NCBI GenBank assembly: GCA_934149515.1
Contig: CAKPFD010000005.1
Span: forward strand, 696-64,695
DNA: 64,000 nt
From: an uncultured Bacilli bacterium
Lineage (GTDB): Bacteria > Bacillota_I > Bacilli_A > RF39 > UBA660
Reading direction: 5' to 3'
Position numbers and translations under genes: made by a program. Every line of letters starts with the position of its first letter. Positions within the stretch are counted from its first letter, which is position 1. Under the pieces are notes generated by a model, which had not been told where the DNA came from, searched no databases, and worked only from the letters and a program-made list of their open reading frames with translations. This document shows positions 27,271 through 37,710 of the stretch, in pieces.

Positions 27271-29178
27271 ATGTTTGTAAAAAAAATAGATAGTAGAATT
27301 AAAATTATATTACTGATTTTTTCTTTGTTATTATTGTTAGTTGTAATAAGAGTCTTTTATGTACAAGTCGTCGAATATAAAAAATTATCTAGCTTAGCAA
27401 GTGATTTATGGAGTCGTAACCTTCCCATTGAAGCAAATAGAGGACTAATACTTGATCGAAATGGCAAAATACTAGCAGATAATTTAACGACCACATCATT
27501 AGTGTTAGTACCAAATCAAATCAAAAACAAAGAAGAAGTAACCAAAAAACTAGCTGAAATTTTAAATGTTAGTTATGAAGAAATGAAAAAACATGTATTT
27601 AAAAATACATCCATTGAACGAGTACATCCGGAAGGAAGAAGATTATCCTATGAAATAGCTGACAAAATAGAAGCTTTAGGGTATGATGGTGTTTATTTAT
27701 TGAAAGAGGCCAAAAGAAATTATCCAAATGGCAAATTATTATCACATGTATTAGGGTATGTTGGTATTGATAATCAAGGGTTATCTGGCTTAGAGTTACA
27801 ATATGATAAATACTTAACCGGACAATCTGGTGCTATCAAATACTTCTCTGATGCCAAAGGAAATAAATTACAATTAAATGATGTTTACTTAAAGCCGCAA
27901 GATGGAATGAACTTGCAATTAACCATCGATTTAGATATTCAACAATCTGTAGAAAGAGAATTAGATAATGTTGAAAAAATGTTTCAACCAGATATGGCTC
28001 TAGCACTGGTAATGGATCCAAATACTGGTGAAATACTTGCCATGAGTTCAAGACCAACTTTCGACCCAAATAATTACAAAGAATATAGTAAAGAAGTATT
28101 AAATAGAAATTTACCTATTTGGGCTACGTACGAACCAGGTTCAACCCAAAAAATCATTACCACAGCAGCTTCTATTGAAGAAAAAACAATTGATATTTAT
28201 AATGAGCATTTTTATGATAGCGGTTCCGTTCAAGTGGATACTGCAAGAATTAAATGTTGGAAAGCAGGAGGACATGGTGACCAAACCTTCTTACAGGTTT
28301 TACAAAACTCTTGCAACCCAGGTTTTGTTTTAATGGGTCAAAGGCTTGGCAAGGAAAAATTATTTTCTTATCTTGACTTATTTGGTTTTGGACAAAAAAC
28401 AGGAATTGATTTAAATGGGGAGGGTAGTGGTATTTTATTCCCTTTATCAAAAGTTGGAAATATTGAACTTGCTACCACCGCTTTTGGACAAGGTATCAGT
28501 GTAACACCTATTCAACAAGTAACAGCCATTTCAGCTATTTTGAACGGAGGAAACTTATATCAACCTTATGTTTTAAAAAATATTCTGGAACCAGAAACCA
28601 ATAATATTATGTATCAAAAAGAAAAGAAACTAATCAGAAAAACAATCAGCCAAGAAACAAGTAATACAATGCGCTATGCCCTAGAAAGTGTTGTTGCTTT
28701 AGGTGGTGGTAAAGCCGCTTATATTGATGGTTACCGTATCGGTGGTAAAACAGGAACAGCACAAAAAGTACAAAATGGAACTTATTTAGTGAATAACTAT
28801 ATTATGTCATTTGTTGGAATTGTTCCAAGTAACGATCCCAAAGCAGTTTTATATATTGCCATTGATAATCCTAAAAATACAGCAATGTTATCAAGTTACA
28901 CCACGACACCAATTGCAAGAAGAATTTTACTAGACATCATTGATGCACTAGATATAGAAAAACAAGAAGGTGCCATTGAAAAAGATTGGCAATGGGATGA
29001 CAAAGTTTATTATGAAGTAGCCAATGTCGTTGGAAAAACACCAAAAGAAGCCAAAGAATTATTATCTCATTTCGCCTTAGAATATGTTGGAACTGGTAAT
29101 GTCATTATCTCTCAATCACCAACTGCCAATCAACGCTTAGAAGAAGGAAGTACAATCAAATTAATGCTCGGAAATTAA
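27271..29178 (+). CDS. Class B penicillin-binding transpeptidase with one C-terminal PASTA domain (SpoVD/PBP2B family)
   Basis: STQK (SxxK), SCN (SxN) and KTGTA motifs, plus a PASTA-like tail. Confidence 0.9.
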   Translation: MFVKKIDSRIKIILLIFSLLLLLVVIRVFYVQVVEYKKLSSLASDLWSRNLPIEANRGLILDRNGKILADNLTTTSLVLVPNQIKNKEEVTKKLAEILNVSYEEMKKHVFKNTSIERVHPEGRRLSYEIADKIEALGYDGVYLLKEAKRNYPNGKLLSHVLGYVGIDNQGLSGLELQYDKYLTGQSGAIKYFSDAKGNKLQLNDVYLKPQDGMNLQLTIDLDIQQSVERELDNVEKMFQPDMALALVMDPNTGEILAMSSRPTFDPNNYKEYSKEVLNRNLPIWATYEPGSTQKIITTAASIEEKTIDIYNEHFYDSGSVQVDTARIKCWKAGGHGDQTFLQVLQNSCNPGFVLMGQRLGKEKLFSYLDLFGFGQKTGIDLNGEGSGILFPLSKVGNIELATTAFGQGISVTPIQQVTAISAILNGGNLYQPYVLKNILEPETNNIMYQKEKKLIRKTISQETSNTMRYALESVVALGGGKAAYIDGYRIGGKTGTAQKVQNGTYLVNNYIMSFVGIVPSNDPKAVLYIAIDNPKNTAMLSSYTTTPIARRILLDIIDALDIEKQEGAIEKDWQWDDKVYYEVANVVGKTPKEAKELLSHFALEYVGTGNVIISQSPTANQRLEEGSTIKLMLGN

Positions 29179-29298
29179 ATGAATTAGATTATATTTAAAT
29201 TATTACAATATTAACCTAGAGAATAGAATAAAAAATCTATTCTTTTTTATAAAAAATACTAATTCTATGTTAAAATGATATTAAGTAAATAAGGTAAG

Positions 29299-30483
29299 GT
29301 GAGAAATTTGAGTAAAAGGTTAGATGCTCTAGAAAATTCTTATTTAAGAATATTCGAAAAATATGGCGACCCAAATGAACATGTAGAAAAATATCAAGAA
29401 CTTTTTCACAATGTTAAAATAAATACGTTAAAATATTTGTACCAAGAAATGAAATTGGGTGAGTTAAGGGAAGCTATTGTCTTTTTCTATAGTGATATAG
29501 AAATAGCAAATGATAGCGATAAAACAGAACTTATAGATACAATTGATCAGCAAAAAAGGACAAAAGATGGTCCTTCAATGATTTATATAACCGGTAATGA
29601 AATAAATGATTTAAAGATGTTAGAAACATTGAAGAAACGTTACCTAGATGATGATATTCTTATGCACTGGAATAACACATATGCTATGCTAGACGATGTA
29701 ATTTCAGTAAGATATATGATTGATTATTTAAAATCTCTTGTTGATGAAAATTTATCACCTTTAGAAAAAGTAACATTAGTTTATGACTTAGTAAAATCAA
29801 ATTACTACAAAGAAGAAGAAAAAGATAGTGGATCAACCTTAAGTAGATACATTACAAAAATGGTTAACAACACATCCATTGTTTGTGTAGGATATGTAGA
29901 TCTTTTAAATAGAACATTAAAGGAAATGGGTTTTGAAACTTTTCCTGTATTTCTTAAGGTAAAATCAGAAAATGAACCAGAAGGTCACGCAAGAATTCTT
30001 ATCGATATAAAAGACGAAAAATATGGAATTGATGGATATTATTTTTTTGATCCAACTTGGGATAATGCTAAAAATAAACAAAAATTGGGAATTTTTTTTA
30101 AAAATTATACACCAATTAACCAATTTGCAGATGCCTTATCTTCTTATGAATATTTTTTAGTATCACGTTCTAATTATGAAGCAGTTTTTGGTAAAAGCTA
30201 TGATGAAACATTTAGAATTACAAAACAAGATGGTTCTTTTATAAACAAGCCTTTTTCAGACTTTTGCCATAAGGACCAAAAAGAAAATATAGTAAAACCA
30301 TTAACTACTTACGAATTTACTAAATTGCTATCCGTTGTCAAAAAAGAAGAAGGGTATAGCCAAGAAGAAATACCTGGATTAATTCAAGAATCACTTTATC
30401 TATCTGGCTATGGTAAGTATAAAATTGATGCTATTGAAAAAGTAGTAAATGAGCCAAAAAATATAGAAAACAATAAAAAGTAA
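29299..30483 (+). CDS. Transglutaminase-like (Cys-His-Asp) domain protein
   Basis: VCVGYVDLLNRTLKEMG...EGHARILI...YFFDPTWD reproduces the C...H...D(PTW) core spacing. The start is uncertain (GTG 29299 or TTG 29308). Confidence 0.5.
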   Translation: MRNLSKRLDALENSYLRIFEKYGDPNEHVEKYQELFHNVKINTLKYLYQEMKLGELREAIVFFYSDIEIANDSDKTELIDTIDQQKRTKDGPSMIYITGNEINDLKMLETLKKRYLDDDILMHWNNTYAMLDDVISVRYMIDYLKSLVDENLSPLEKVTLVYDLVKSNYYKEEEKDSGSTLSRYITKMVNNTSIVCVGYVDLLNRTLKEMGFETFPVFLKVKSENEPEGHARILIDIKDEKYGIDGYYFFDPTWDNAKNKQKLGIFFKNYTPINQFADALSSYEYFLVSRSNYEAVFGKSYDETFRITKQDGSFINKPFSDFCHKDQKENIVKPLTTYEFTKLLSVVKKEEGYSQEEIPGLIQESLYLSGYGKYKIDAIEKVVNEPKNIENNKK

Positions 30484-30498
30484 AAGGAGAACATAATA

Positions 30499-31581
30499 AT
30501 GAATAACAAAGAAACCGAAATCGCTCTAGTAAGAGCAACTAATATCATTCCATTTGATGGCGTTGTAAGACCAATTAGCAATGTCTGCTATCTTACAAAA
30601 AATATAGGCTTAGAATTTTCATCAAGATTATCAGATTTATTAAAAAGCGAAAAAATTATTCCACCTTTAGATATAACAAGAATGTTTGAAGAAGGATACT
30701 ATGAAAAAGCTGCTGTAGAAAATGCCAATATTTTACGAAATTATTTACCCTATGTTTCTGATTACAATTCAACGGTATTATTTTCTTTGAATGGCTTATG
30801 TCCTGATGATAATGAACATGGGTTTGCAAATAATGTTTTTTCCAATAAAAAATGTGCCATTATCGAACCTTTAAAGCCACATCTATCACAACTAGTTTCA
30901 ATTCATCCAACAGATACAGCAGTCAAAGGTGACGTTATTTTATCAAACGATGCCATTGTTTTGATTGATCAAGAAACCTATCAAAATTTACCAGAAGACA
31001 AAAAACAATCACTTCAAAATTCTATTACTAATATTCAATTATTTTCAGGTTCTTTAAAAGAAAATGTTAATCAAGCTTTACAAAATAGTAATCGCTTTTC
31101 ACAAGAGACTCTAACACTATCAAGTAATCATAATGGTATTGTACCATCTGCTACCAGTGAAACCTTACAACAACAAATAGATAATATTGCAACAGTTTAT
31201 AATCTTTCAGAACAAAAATATTTTGATCTATTAACAAAACCAGATACAACAACAGCAAGTTATGAAAAAATGGAAGGTGAATATGCCAATATGGTAGAAG
31301 TACAAGAATATTACATGAGCAATTTTCTTACAAGTCTTTTAAAAGAATTGAAAGCCGACGATGACATGATAAAAGAAGTACCAACGCAGCTATATAATCG
31401 TATCTATATGGAAAGCATCACAGCGAAAATTAAAGAATATGGAATCAATAACTATAAAACATTTGTTGATAACTATAATGCTACATTACTAACCAAAAGC
31501 CAAAATCATACCTTACCAACACCTAGTGAGATCATTCAACAAAAGCAAGAAGAAAACCTTTCCAAAGTACATCACCATTAA
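30499..31581 (+). CDS. Hypothetical protein (no recognisable motif)
   Basis: 360-aa ORF with RBS aaggag. Confidence 0.5.
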   Translation: MNNKETEIALVRATNIIPFDGVVRPISNVCYLTKNIGLEFSSRLSDLLKSEKIIPPLDITRMFEEGYYEKAAVENANILRNYLPYVSDYNSTVLFSLNGLCPDDNEHGFANNVFSNKKCAIIEPLKPHLSQLVSIHPTDTAVKGDVILSNDAIVLIDQETYQNLPEDKKQSLQNSITNIQLFSGSLKENVNQALQNSNRFSQETLTLSSNHNGIVPSATSETLQQQIDNIATVYNLSEQKYFDLLTKPDTTTASYEKMEGEYANMVEVQEYYMSNFLTSLLKELKADDDMIKEVPTQLYNRIYMESITAKIKEYGINNYKTFVDNYNATLLTKSQNHTLPTPSEIIQQKQEENLSKVHHH

Positions 31582-31597
31582 AATAGGAGCATTGAAA

Positions 31598-32038
31598 ATG
31601 ATACGATATGAAGGATTGTTTTTTGAAACAGCGGCAACTAGTCTTATTCATTTGCTAGAAGAAAATCCAATTCCCATAAAAGCTGCACAAATATTGCATT
31701 GTACTTTCAAATATCATCCTAATGAAAAAGAAATTTTTAATGATATTGTTGGTAAAGAATTTGAAATAGAATTAATCGATTATGCTTGTAATGGGGAAAA
31801 TAGTGACTTTGAAATAGTACTCCCAAAACAGTTAGAAAACTATTATATAAATTATGATCCATCAACCAACAGCTTAATAGCACCACATATAACAGTATTT
31901 CTTCCTTTCAATGCTATATCAGTAAATACAACTAATCTAGAGTTTCAATCACTATCAAAGCCAGTAAAAGTAATAGGTAATTTTGGTTATTGTATCGAAG
32001 AAAATAACCAAGAAATTATTTCTTTTCTACCACTATGA
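31598..32038 (+). CDS. 2H phosphoesterase-like protein (two H-x-T motifs)
   Basis: LHCTF and PHITVF lie about 75 aa apart. RBS aggag sits before the ATG at 31598. The ORF-track start at 31526 overlaps the upstream gene and lacks an RBS. Confidence 0.5.
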   Translation: MIRYEGLFFETAATSLIHLLEENPIPIKAAQILHCTFKYHPNEKEIFNDIVGKEFEIELIDYACNGENSDFEIVLPKQLENYYINYDPSTNSLIAPHITVFLPFNAISVNTTNLEFQSLSKPVKVIGNFGYCIEENNQEIISFLPL

Positions 32039-33124
32039 TCGTTGTTGTGTACTGATATTTAAAAGAATACCAATACTTATCATACTGATTAACAAACTAC
32101 TACCACCATAAGATAAAAAGGGAAGTGTAACACCAGTAACTGGTATTAAACCAACAACGACACATAAGTTCATGACAGCTTGAAATAGCATTTGAAAAAT
32201 CATACCAAAAGATAAATACTTAGCAAATGGATCAGATGCTTTTAGGGCAATTTTAATGCTACGATATAAAATAATGAAAAATAAAAAGCAAACAAAGAAA
32301 GCACCTAAAACTCCAAATTCTTCACAGATAATGGAGAAAATAAAATCAGTTTGAGGTTCTGGTAGGTAAAAATGTTTCTGTCTAGATTGTAAAAATCCTT
32401 GCCCTAACAGTCCACCTGGTCCTATTGCATACATAGATTGAATCATCTGAAAGCCAGTTCCTAATGGATCTTGCCAAGGATTTAAAAAAGAAGTAATTCT
32501 ATCCATTCGATAAGGTGCAATAATAATTAGCACAATAACACCAGCGACACCAATAATTCCCATAATGTAGAAAAATTTCATATTAACACCAGCAATAAAC
32601 AACAAAGAAATCACACTCATCATCAATACTAAACCAGTTCCAAGATCTGGTTGAAGCATAATCAGACCAAATAAAAGAATAGCAATCAATAAAATAGGGA
32701 AGACACCCTTGCGATAACTTTTTAAAAATTTATTACTGTAACTTAAATATTTACTAGTAAAAATAATCATCCCTAGTTTTGCAAATTCACTAGGTTGAAT
32801 ACCAAATGATCCAATTCCAAACCAACTTCTGCTACCATTACGAACACTACCAATAAAAGGAACTAATACTAGTATCAATAATAAAAAGCAAATACCTAAA
32901 ATGATATTTGCCTTTTTTAAATAGATTCGATAATCTATCTTACAAACAATAGCTACTAATAAAAGCCCTGCTACAGTAAATAATGATTGTTGTTTCACAT
33001 AATGAAATGCATCGTGAAACTTATATTCTGCCCAAATACTAGAAGCAGAATAAATCATTACAAGTCCGAATAATAGTAAAAGTATGACTGCAATAAGTAA
33101 AGGCAAGTCTTGCTTTTTCCTCAT
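32033..33124 (-). CDS. SEDS glycosyltransferase (FtsW/RodA/SpoVE family)
   Basis: 10-TM profile, QPSEFAK, and PEPQTDFIFS...LPFLSYGGSS motifs. Confidence 0.9.
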   Translation of the reverse strand: MRKKQDLPLLIAVILLLLFGLVMIYSASSIWAEYKFHDAFHYVKQQSLFTVAGLLLVAIVCKIDYRIYLKKANIILGICFLLLILVLVPFIGSVRNGSRSWFGIGSFGIQPSEFAKLGMIIFTSKYLSYSNKFLKSYRKGVFPILLIAILLFGLIMLQPDLGTGLVLMMSVISLLFIAGVNMKFFYIMGIIGVAGVIVLIIIAPYRMDRITSFLNPWQDPLGTGFQMIQSMYAIGPGGLLGQGFLQSRQKHFYLPEPQTDFIFSIICEEFGVLGAFFVCFLFFIILYRSIKIALKASDPFAKYLSFGMIFQMLFQAVMNLCVVVGLIPVTGVTLPFLSYGGSSLLISMISIGILLNISTQQRS

Positions 33125-33139
33125 TCCAAACACCTTTCT

Positions 33140-34120
33140 TTATAACCAAACTCCAAAAATGATACCACCCATGGCAAGTAATAAACCGAATGTACCAAAT
33201 AGTTTAACAATATCAGTTTCTTCCCAACCAAGTTTTTCAAAATGATGATGTAAAGGGGACATTAAGAATAATTTCTTATGAAATAATGTGACCCAAATAA
33301 CTTGTAAAATAACAGATAATGTTTCAATAACAAAGACACCAGCAACAACCAATAAAGTTAATTCTCGATGAGTTAAAATAGCAACAGCACCCATCACACC
33401 ACCAAGTGCTAGGCTACCAGTATCTCCCATAAATACTTTTGCTGGATGTGTATTGTAAATTAAGAAACCAACCAAAGCTCCAACAAGAACCAAACAGAAA
33501 ATGCCAATTTCTTCAAATCCAACCATAAATGAAATAAGAGCAAAAGCAATAAAGGCGACAGCTGATAAACTACCAGCAAGTCCATCTAGACCATCTGTAA
33601 TATTAACAGCATTAGAAGAACCAATTAAAATAAATAAAATAAATAATCCATAAAGCCAGCCCAGTTCTATATCAATATGCAGTGTTCCGACAACCCAAGA
33701 AGTTTGTCCACCATTTTTCATATAAATATAAAAGAAAATCGTAGAAATAATAACTTGCCCAAATAGTTTTTGATAGGTTGTTAGACCTTCGTTATTATGA
33801 TGCTTAATCGATAAGAAATCATCTAAAAAACCAATAATAGCAAATCCCACAAATACCAATAAGACAATTGCTAAATTATCTGAAAAACTAATCTTATGGA
33901 ATAAAGCCAGTCCTAACGTTACCAGCACTGCAGGTAAAATAAAGATTAATCCACCCATGGTAGGAGTACCTTCTTTTTTACGATGAGACTCTCCTACAAA
34001 GACACTAATTCTTTGTCCAACTTTCATCTTTTTTAATATTGGTAATAAGATAAGACCTAAACAGGCACTAAATAAAAAACCAATCATGACGGCAAATACC
34101 GATTTTGTTAACAATAACAT
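33140..34120 (-). CDS. mraY: Phospho-N-acetylmuramoyl-pentapeptide transferase
   Basis: PTMGG, NAVNITDGLDGLA, FMGDTGSLALGG and PLHHHFE motifs. Confidence 0.95.
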   Translation of the reverse strand: MLLLTKSVFAVMIGFLFSACLGLILLPILKKMKVGQRISVFVGESHRKKEGTPTMGGLIFILPAVLVTLGLALFHKISFSDNLAIVLLVFVGFAIIGFLDDFLSIKHHNNEGLTTYQKLFGQVIISTIFFYIYMKNGGQTSWVVGTLHIDIELGWLYGLFILFILIGSSNAVNITDGLDGLAGSLSAVAFIAFALISFMVGFEEIGIFCLVLVGALVGFLIYNTHPAKVFMGDTGSLALGGVMGAVAILTHRELTLLVVAGVFVIETLSVILQVIWVTLFHKKLFLMSPLHHHFEKLGWEETDIVKLFGTFGLLLAMGGIIFGVWL

Positions 34121-34242
34121 ATATTCACTCTCCCGTTTCTTCTTTATGTATTATAACATACTAACGAAACATCTTCATCTACTAAATTGCAAAGAACATA
34201 CATTTCCTTGACATTTTTTACTATTCTATGTAAAAAATACCA

Positions 34243-34265
34243 AAAAAAGACTATTTCTAGTCTTC
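34243..34265. terminator. Bidirectional-looking terminator downstream of the 34305-34865 gene
   Basis: Stem aagacta / tagtctt, flanked by an A run and a T run. Confidence 0.5.
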
Positions 34266-34304
34266 TTTGAAGGGATAAATTTTACAAAACAGAAATAATA
34301 AAAA

Positions 34305-34865
34305 CTAAATATTAAAGTATTTACAAAATGCGTGCAAATCATGTTTTAATAAAGCAAGAGAAACAATATCACTGCAACCATATACCATCATCATAATTCC
34401 AAGTACGAAAGAAATGGCATTATAACTAATAGCAGGATATAAAATAAGTAAAATACCACAAACCAATGATAGAATACTCATGATAAAACTAGGAATCCAT
34501 GAAGTCTCATCTATTTTTTGTAAAATAAAAGCAATACGCATTTTCACAACACTACTCATAATGTAAAAACATCCAAGTAAAATAGGGATTAAATGACGTA
34601 AAATATTAGGATAAAGTATCAACATGCAACCTAATAGAATATGTAAAATAGCTAATAGTAAAAAAGTAATATGGAAAGAAGGAATTATAAAATCACTTTG
34701 TACACAAAGAAAATAAATACCACTTCCAATAAAAATAAATGCAAGACTATAAGCTAGAAACAATAAAGAACAATTAGGTAAGAAGGTAAAAATAGCACCT
34801 AATATTACCCATAAAATAGAAATAAAAATGCCAACAAAAATGCAATGATTCAATCTTTTTTTCAT
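34305..34865 (-). CDS. Small polytopic membrane protein (HdeD/DUF308-like)
   Basis: 186 aa with six hydrophobic segments and repeated LGxxxILxP-type motifs. Confidence 0.4.
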   Translation of the reverse strand: MKKRLNHCIFVGIFISILWVILGAIFTFLPNCSLLFLAYSLAFIFIGSGIYFLCVQSDFIIPSFHITFLLLAILHILLGCMLILYPNILRHLIPILLGCFYIMSSVVKMRIAFILQKIDETSWIPSFIMSILSLVCGILLILYPAISYNAISFVLGIMMMVYGCSDIVSLALLKHDLHAFCKYFNI

Positions 34866-34882
34866 CTTTTCAAATTCTCCTT

Positions 34883-35455
34883 CTAATAAATTTCATCTGG
34901 TACTAAAACCGTTAAATAGTTTAAAATATCTTCTTTATGATATTGTTTTGGATCGCGAATATAACAAAGGCATACTGTTGTAACTGCACTAACATAGAAA
35001 TTGGTAATAATCGAAATAGGAACACCGCCTTTTACGTCTTCCTGTTTTGCCAAATGATTTTCAACATCCTTAATAAGGGTATCTTGTAACATATCATAAG
35101 CAATACTATGATTATTATTCTTGACAATAGAAGCATAAATCATACGATTTTCTTCAATATGATCAAACAATAGACCAATCATCTTCATGTAATATTCTTT
35201 AGGAGTCTTTAAATCATGATTTTCTTCTAGTTTTTTAGTAAGCTCATCCTTTAAAGTTTGAATGAAAGCAGCAAGTAGCTCATATTTATCATTAAAATGA
35301 TCATAAAATGTAGAACGATTTGTTAAAGATATCTGACAAATATCAGAAACTTTAATTTCTTCAAAAGGCTTATCTTTCATCAACTTTAAAAGACCATCAT
35401 ATAAATTCCGTTTTGTTTTTATCACTCGTAAATCTTCTTTTTGTTTCAAATTCAT
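34883..35455 (-). CDS. TetR family transcriptional regulator
   Basis: RVIKTKRNLYDGLLKLMKDKPFEEIKVSDICQISLTNRSTFYDHF is a TetR HTH. RBS gaggtg sits before the ATG at 35455. The 64-codon upstream extension in the ORF track was rejected. Confidence 0.8.
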   Translation of the reverse strand: MNLKQKEDLRVIKTKRNLYDGLLKLMKDKPFEEIKVSDICQISLTNRSTFYDHFNDKYELLAAFIQTLKDELTKKLEENHDLKTPKEYYMKMIGLLFDHIEENRMIYASIVKNNNHSIAYDMLQDTLIKDVENHLAKQEDVKGGVPISIITNFYVSAVTTVCLCYIRDPKQYHKEDILNYLTVLVPDEIY

Positions 35456-35631
35456 CACCTCTGATAATAGTATATAACAAATGATACAAAAGTAAAGATA
35501 AACAACATATAGTTCGCTAAATAGCAATACATAATCATAAAAACTGTTGGATAAAAGGCAAACTTTGGGATATGTTGCTGGATTTTTTTTAAAATTTTCA
35601 TACAATGTAAAGCGATAGACAGGAGGGAAAA

Positions 35632-37710
35632 ATGAAAAAATTTTCAAAATGGATAGTAGATCATAGCCTGTTCATTGTTGTTATCAGTCTTTTATTACTG
35701 ATTCCAACCATGATAGGGTATGTCAAAACTAGAATTAACTATGATATTTTAATATATCTACCAGAAGAAGTAGATACCATTAAAGGAGAAAATATCTTAA
35801 CCGATGAATTTGGGTTAGGATCCTATGCCTTTGTTATGGTCGACAAGATGAGTAATTACGATATATTAAAACTAGAAGACAACATCAAAGCTATCGAAGG
35901 TGTTAATCAAGTAGCTAGTGTCGCTGATTTACTAGATACAACATTGCCATATGATATGTTACCAGATGAAGTTGTCGACAAATTATATAAAGATGGTGAA
36001 ACAATCGTCTTTGTTACCTTCGATAAAACAACATCAGAAGATAGCACAATCGCTGCCGTAAGACAACTACGACAAACAGTAAAAGATGCTTCCAAAGTAA
36101 GTAGTATGACTGCAATGGTAATTGATACCATGGATTTATCTAATCAAGAACTACTAGCTTATGTCGTCATCGCTGTAATATTATGTTTGGTAGTATTAAT
36201 CTTTGCTACTGATTCTTATATCGTACCAGTTTTTCTACTAACAAACATTGGACTTGCTATTTTATATAACCTAGGATCAAATGTTTTCTTAGGGCAAATT
36301 AGCTACATCACCAAAGCAATTACAGCAATATTACAACTAGGAGTTACTACTGACTTTTCTATTTTCTTATATCACAAATACGAACAAGAAAAAGAAAAAA
36401 CAACGAACAATAAACAAGCCATGCAACAAGCAATTATACAAACATTTCAATCTGTAATTGGTTCATCTTTAACAACATTTGCTGGATTCTTAGCATTATG
36501 TACCATGGATTTAACTTTAGGAACAGATATCGGAATCGTCATGGCCAAAGGGGTATTACTAGGTTTAATTTGTGTATTGACAATATTCCCAGCACTATTA
36601 TTAGTATTTGATAAAATAATCGAAAAAACAAAACACAAAAATCTATGTCCAGCATTTAAAAAAGTACAAAAATTCTCCGTAAAGCACTATTTAGTAGCAT
36701 TTGTTCTTTTCTTACTACTATTAATACCAGCGTATATCGGAAATAAAAACTATGAAGTATATTATAAACTAGATGATTCCTTACCAGAGACATTGCCATT
36801 TCGCCAAGCAAATCAAGAATTAAAAGAAAAGTTTAATATCATTTCACCAGAAATTATTTTACTAGATAAAAATATGAAACAAGATAAAGTAGAACAATTG
36901 GTAGATGAAATCAAACAACTTGATGGAATTGATTTAGTAATGGCACCATCTATTCTTTTACAAAATGGAGAAGAGCAGCTATTAGATGAAGAATATCAAA
37001 AATTACTTCAAAATGATGATTATCAATTAGTTATTACTAATTCTACTTATGAAATTGCATCAGATGAGTTGAATAACCAAATAAAAGAGCTAGAAAAATT
37101 AGTAAAGAAATATGATAGCAAAGCCATTGTAGCAGGTGAAGGAGCCTTGATGAAAGACTTAGTAACGATTGCTGATCATGACTTTAAAATGGTAAATTAT
37201 ACATCCTTAATTGTTATCTTCATCATTATGTTATGTGTGTTAAAATCTATTGGTTTACCAATTGTCTTAATTGCAACCATTGAATTTGCCATCATGTTAA
37301 ATATGTCTGTTGCTTATTATACAGGTACCAAACTACCATTTATCGCATCCATTATCGTAGGAACGATTCAATTAGGAGCAACCATCGATTATGCGATTTT
37401 AATGTCAACAACTTACCTAGAACAGCGAAGTAAAATCAACGATAAAAAACAAGCCATGACCAAAACATTAGCTTTAACGGTACCATCTATCATTACCTCA
37501 GCACTTTGTTTCTTTGCTGCAACGATCGGTGTTGCCTTTTATTCTAAAATCGATATGATCGGATCTATTTGTAAACTATTAGCACGTGGATCATTAATTA
37601 GTATGGCCGTTGTCATTTTGATTTTACCATCCATGTTAATGTTATTTGATACATTTATTTTAAAAACAACCAAAACAAAGAAAGAAGGAATTTCTTATGA
37701 AACCAAATAA
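35632..37710 (+). CDS. MMPL/RND superfamily transporter
   Basis: 692 aa with two 5-6 TM bundles, each preceded by a soluble loop. It is divergent from the TetR gene. Confidence 0.8.
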   Translation: MKKFSKWIVDHSLFIVVISLLLLIPTMIGYVKTRINYDILIYLPEEVDTIKGENILTDEFGLGSYAFVMVDKMSNYDILKLEDNIKAIEGVNQVASVADLLDTTLPYDMLPDEVVDKLYKDGETIVFVTFDKTTSEDSTIAAVRQLRQTVKDASKVSSMTAMVIDTMDLSNQELLAYVVIAVILCLVVLIFATDSYIVPVFLLTNIGLAILYNLGSNVFLGQISYITKAITAILQLGVTTDFSIFLYHKYEQEKEKTTNNKQAMQQAIIQTFQSVIGSSLTTFAGFLALCTMDLTLGTDIGIVMAKGVLLGLICVLTIFPALLLVFDKIIEKTKHKNLCPAFKKVQKFSVKHYLVAFVLFLLLLIPAYIGNKNYEVYYKLDDSLPETLPFRQANQELKEKFNIISPEIILLDKNMKQDKVEQLVDEIKQLDGIDLVMAPSILLQNGEEQLLDEEYQKLLQNDDYQLVITNSTYEIASDELNNQIKELEKLVKKYDSKAIVAGEGALMKDLVTIADHDFKMVNYTSLIVIFIIMLCVLKSIGLPIVLIATIEFAIMLNMSVAYYTGTKLPFIASIIVGTIQLGATIDYAILMSTTYLEQRSKINDKKQAMTKTLALTVPSIITSALCFFAATIGVAFYSKIDMIGSICKLLARGSLISMAVVILILPSMLMLFDTFILKTTKTKKEGISYETK

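Noticed and set aside
35456-35647. 64-codon N-terminal extension of the TetR gene.
   Set aside because: It would run through the divergent promoter region into the MMPL start. The ATG at 35455 has a gaggtg RBS and yields a standard TetR N-terminus.
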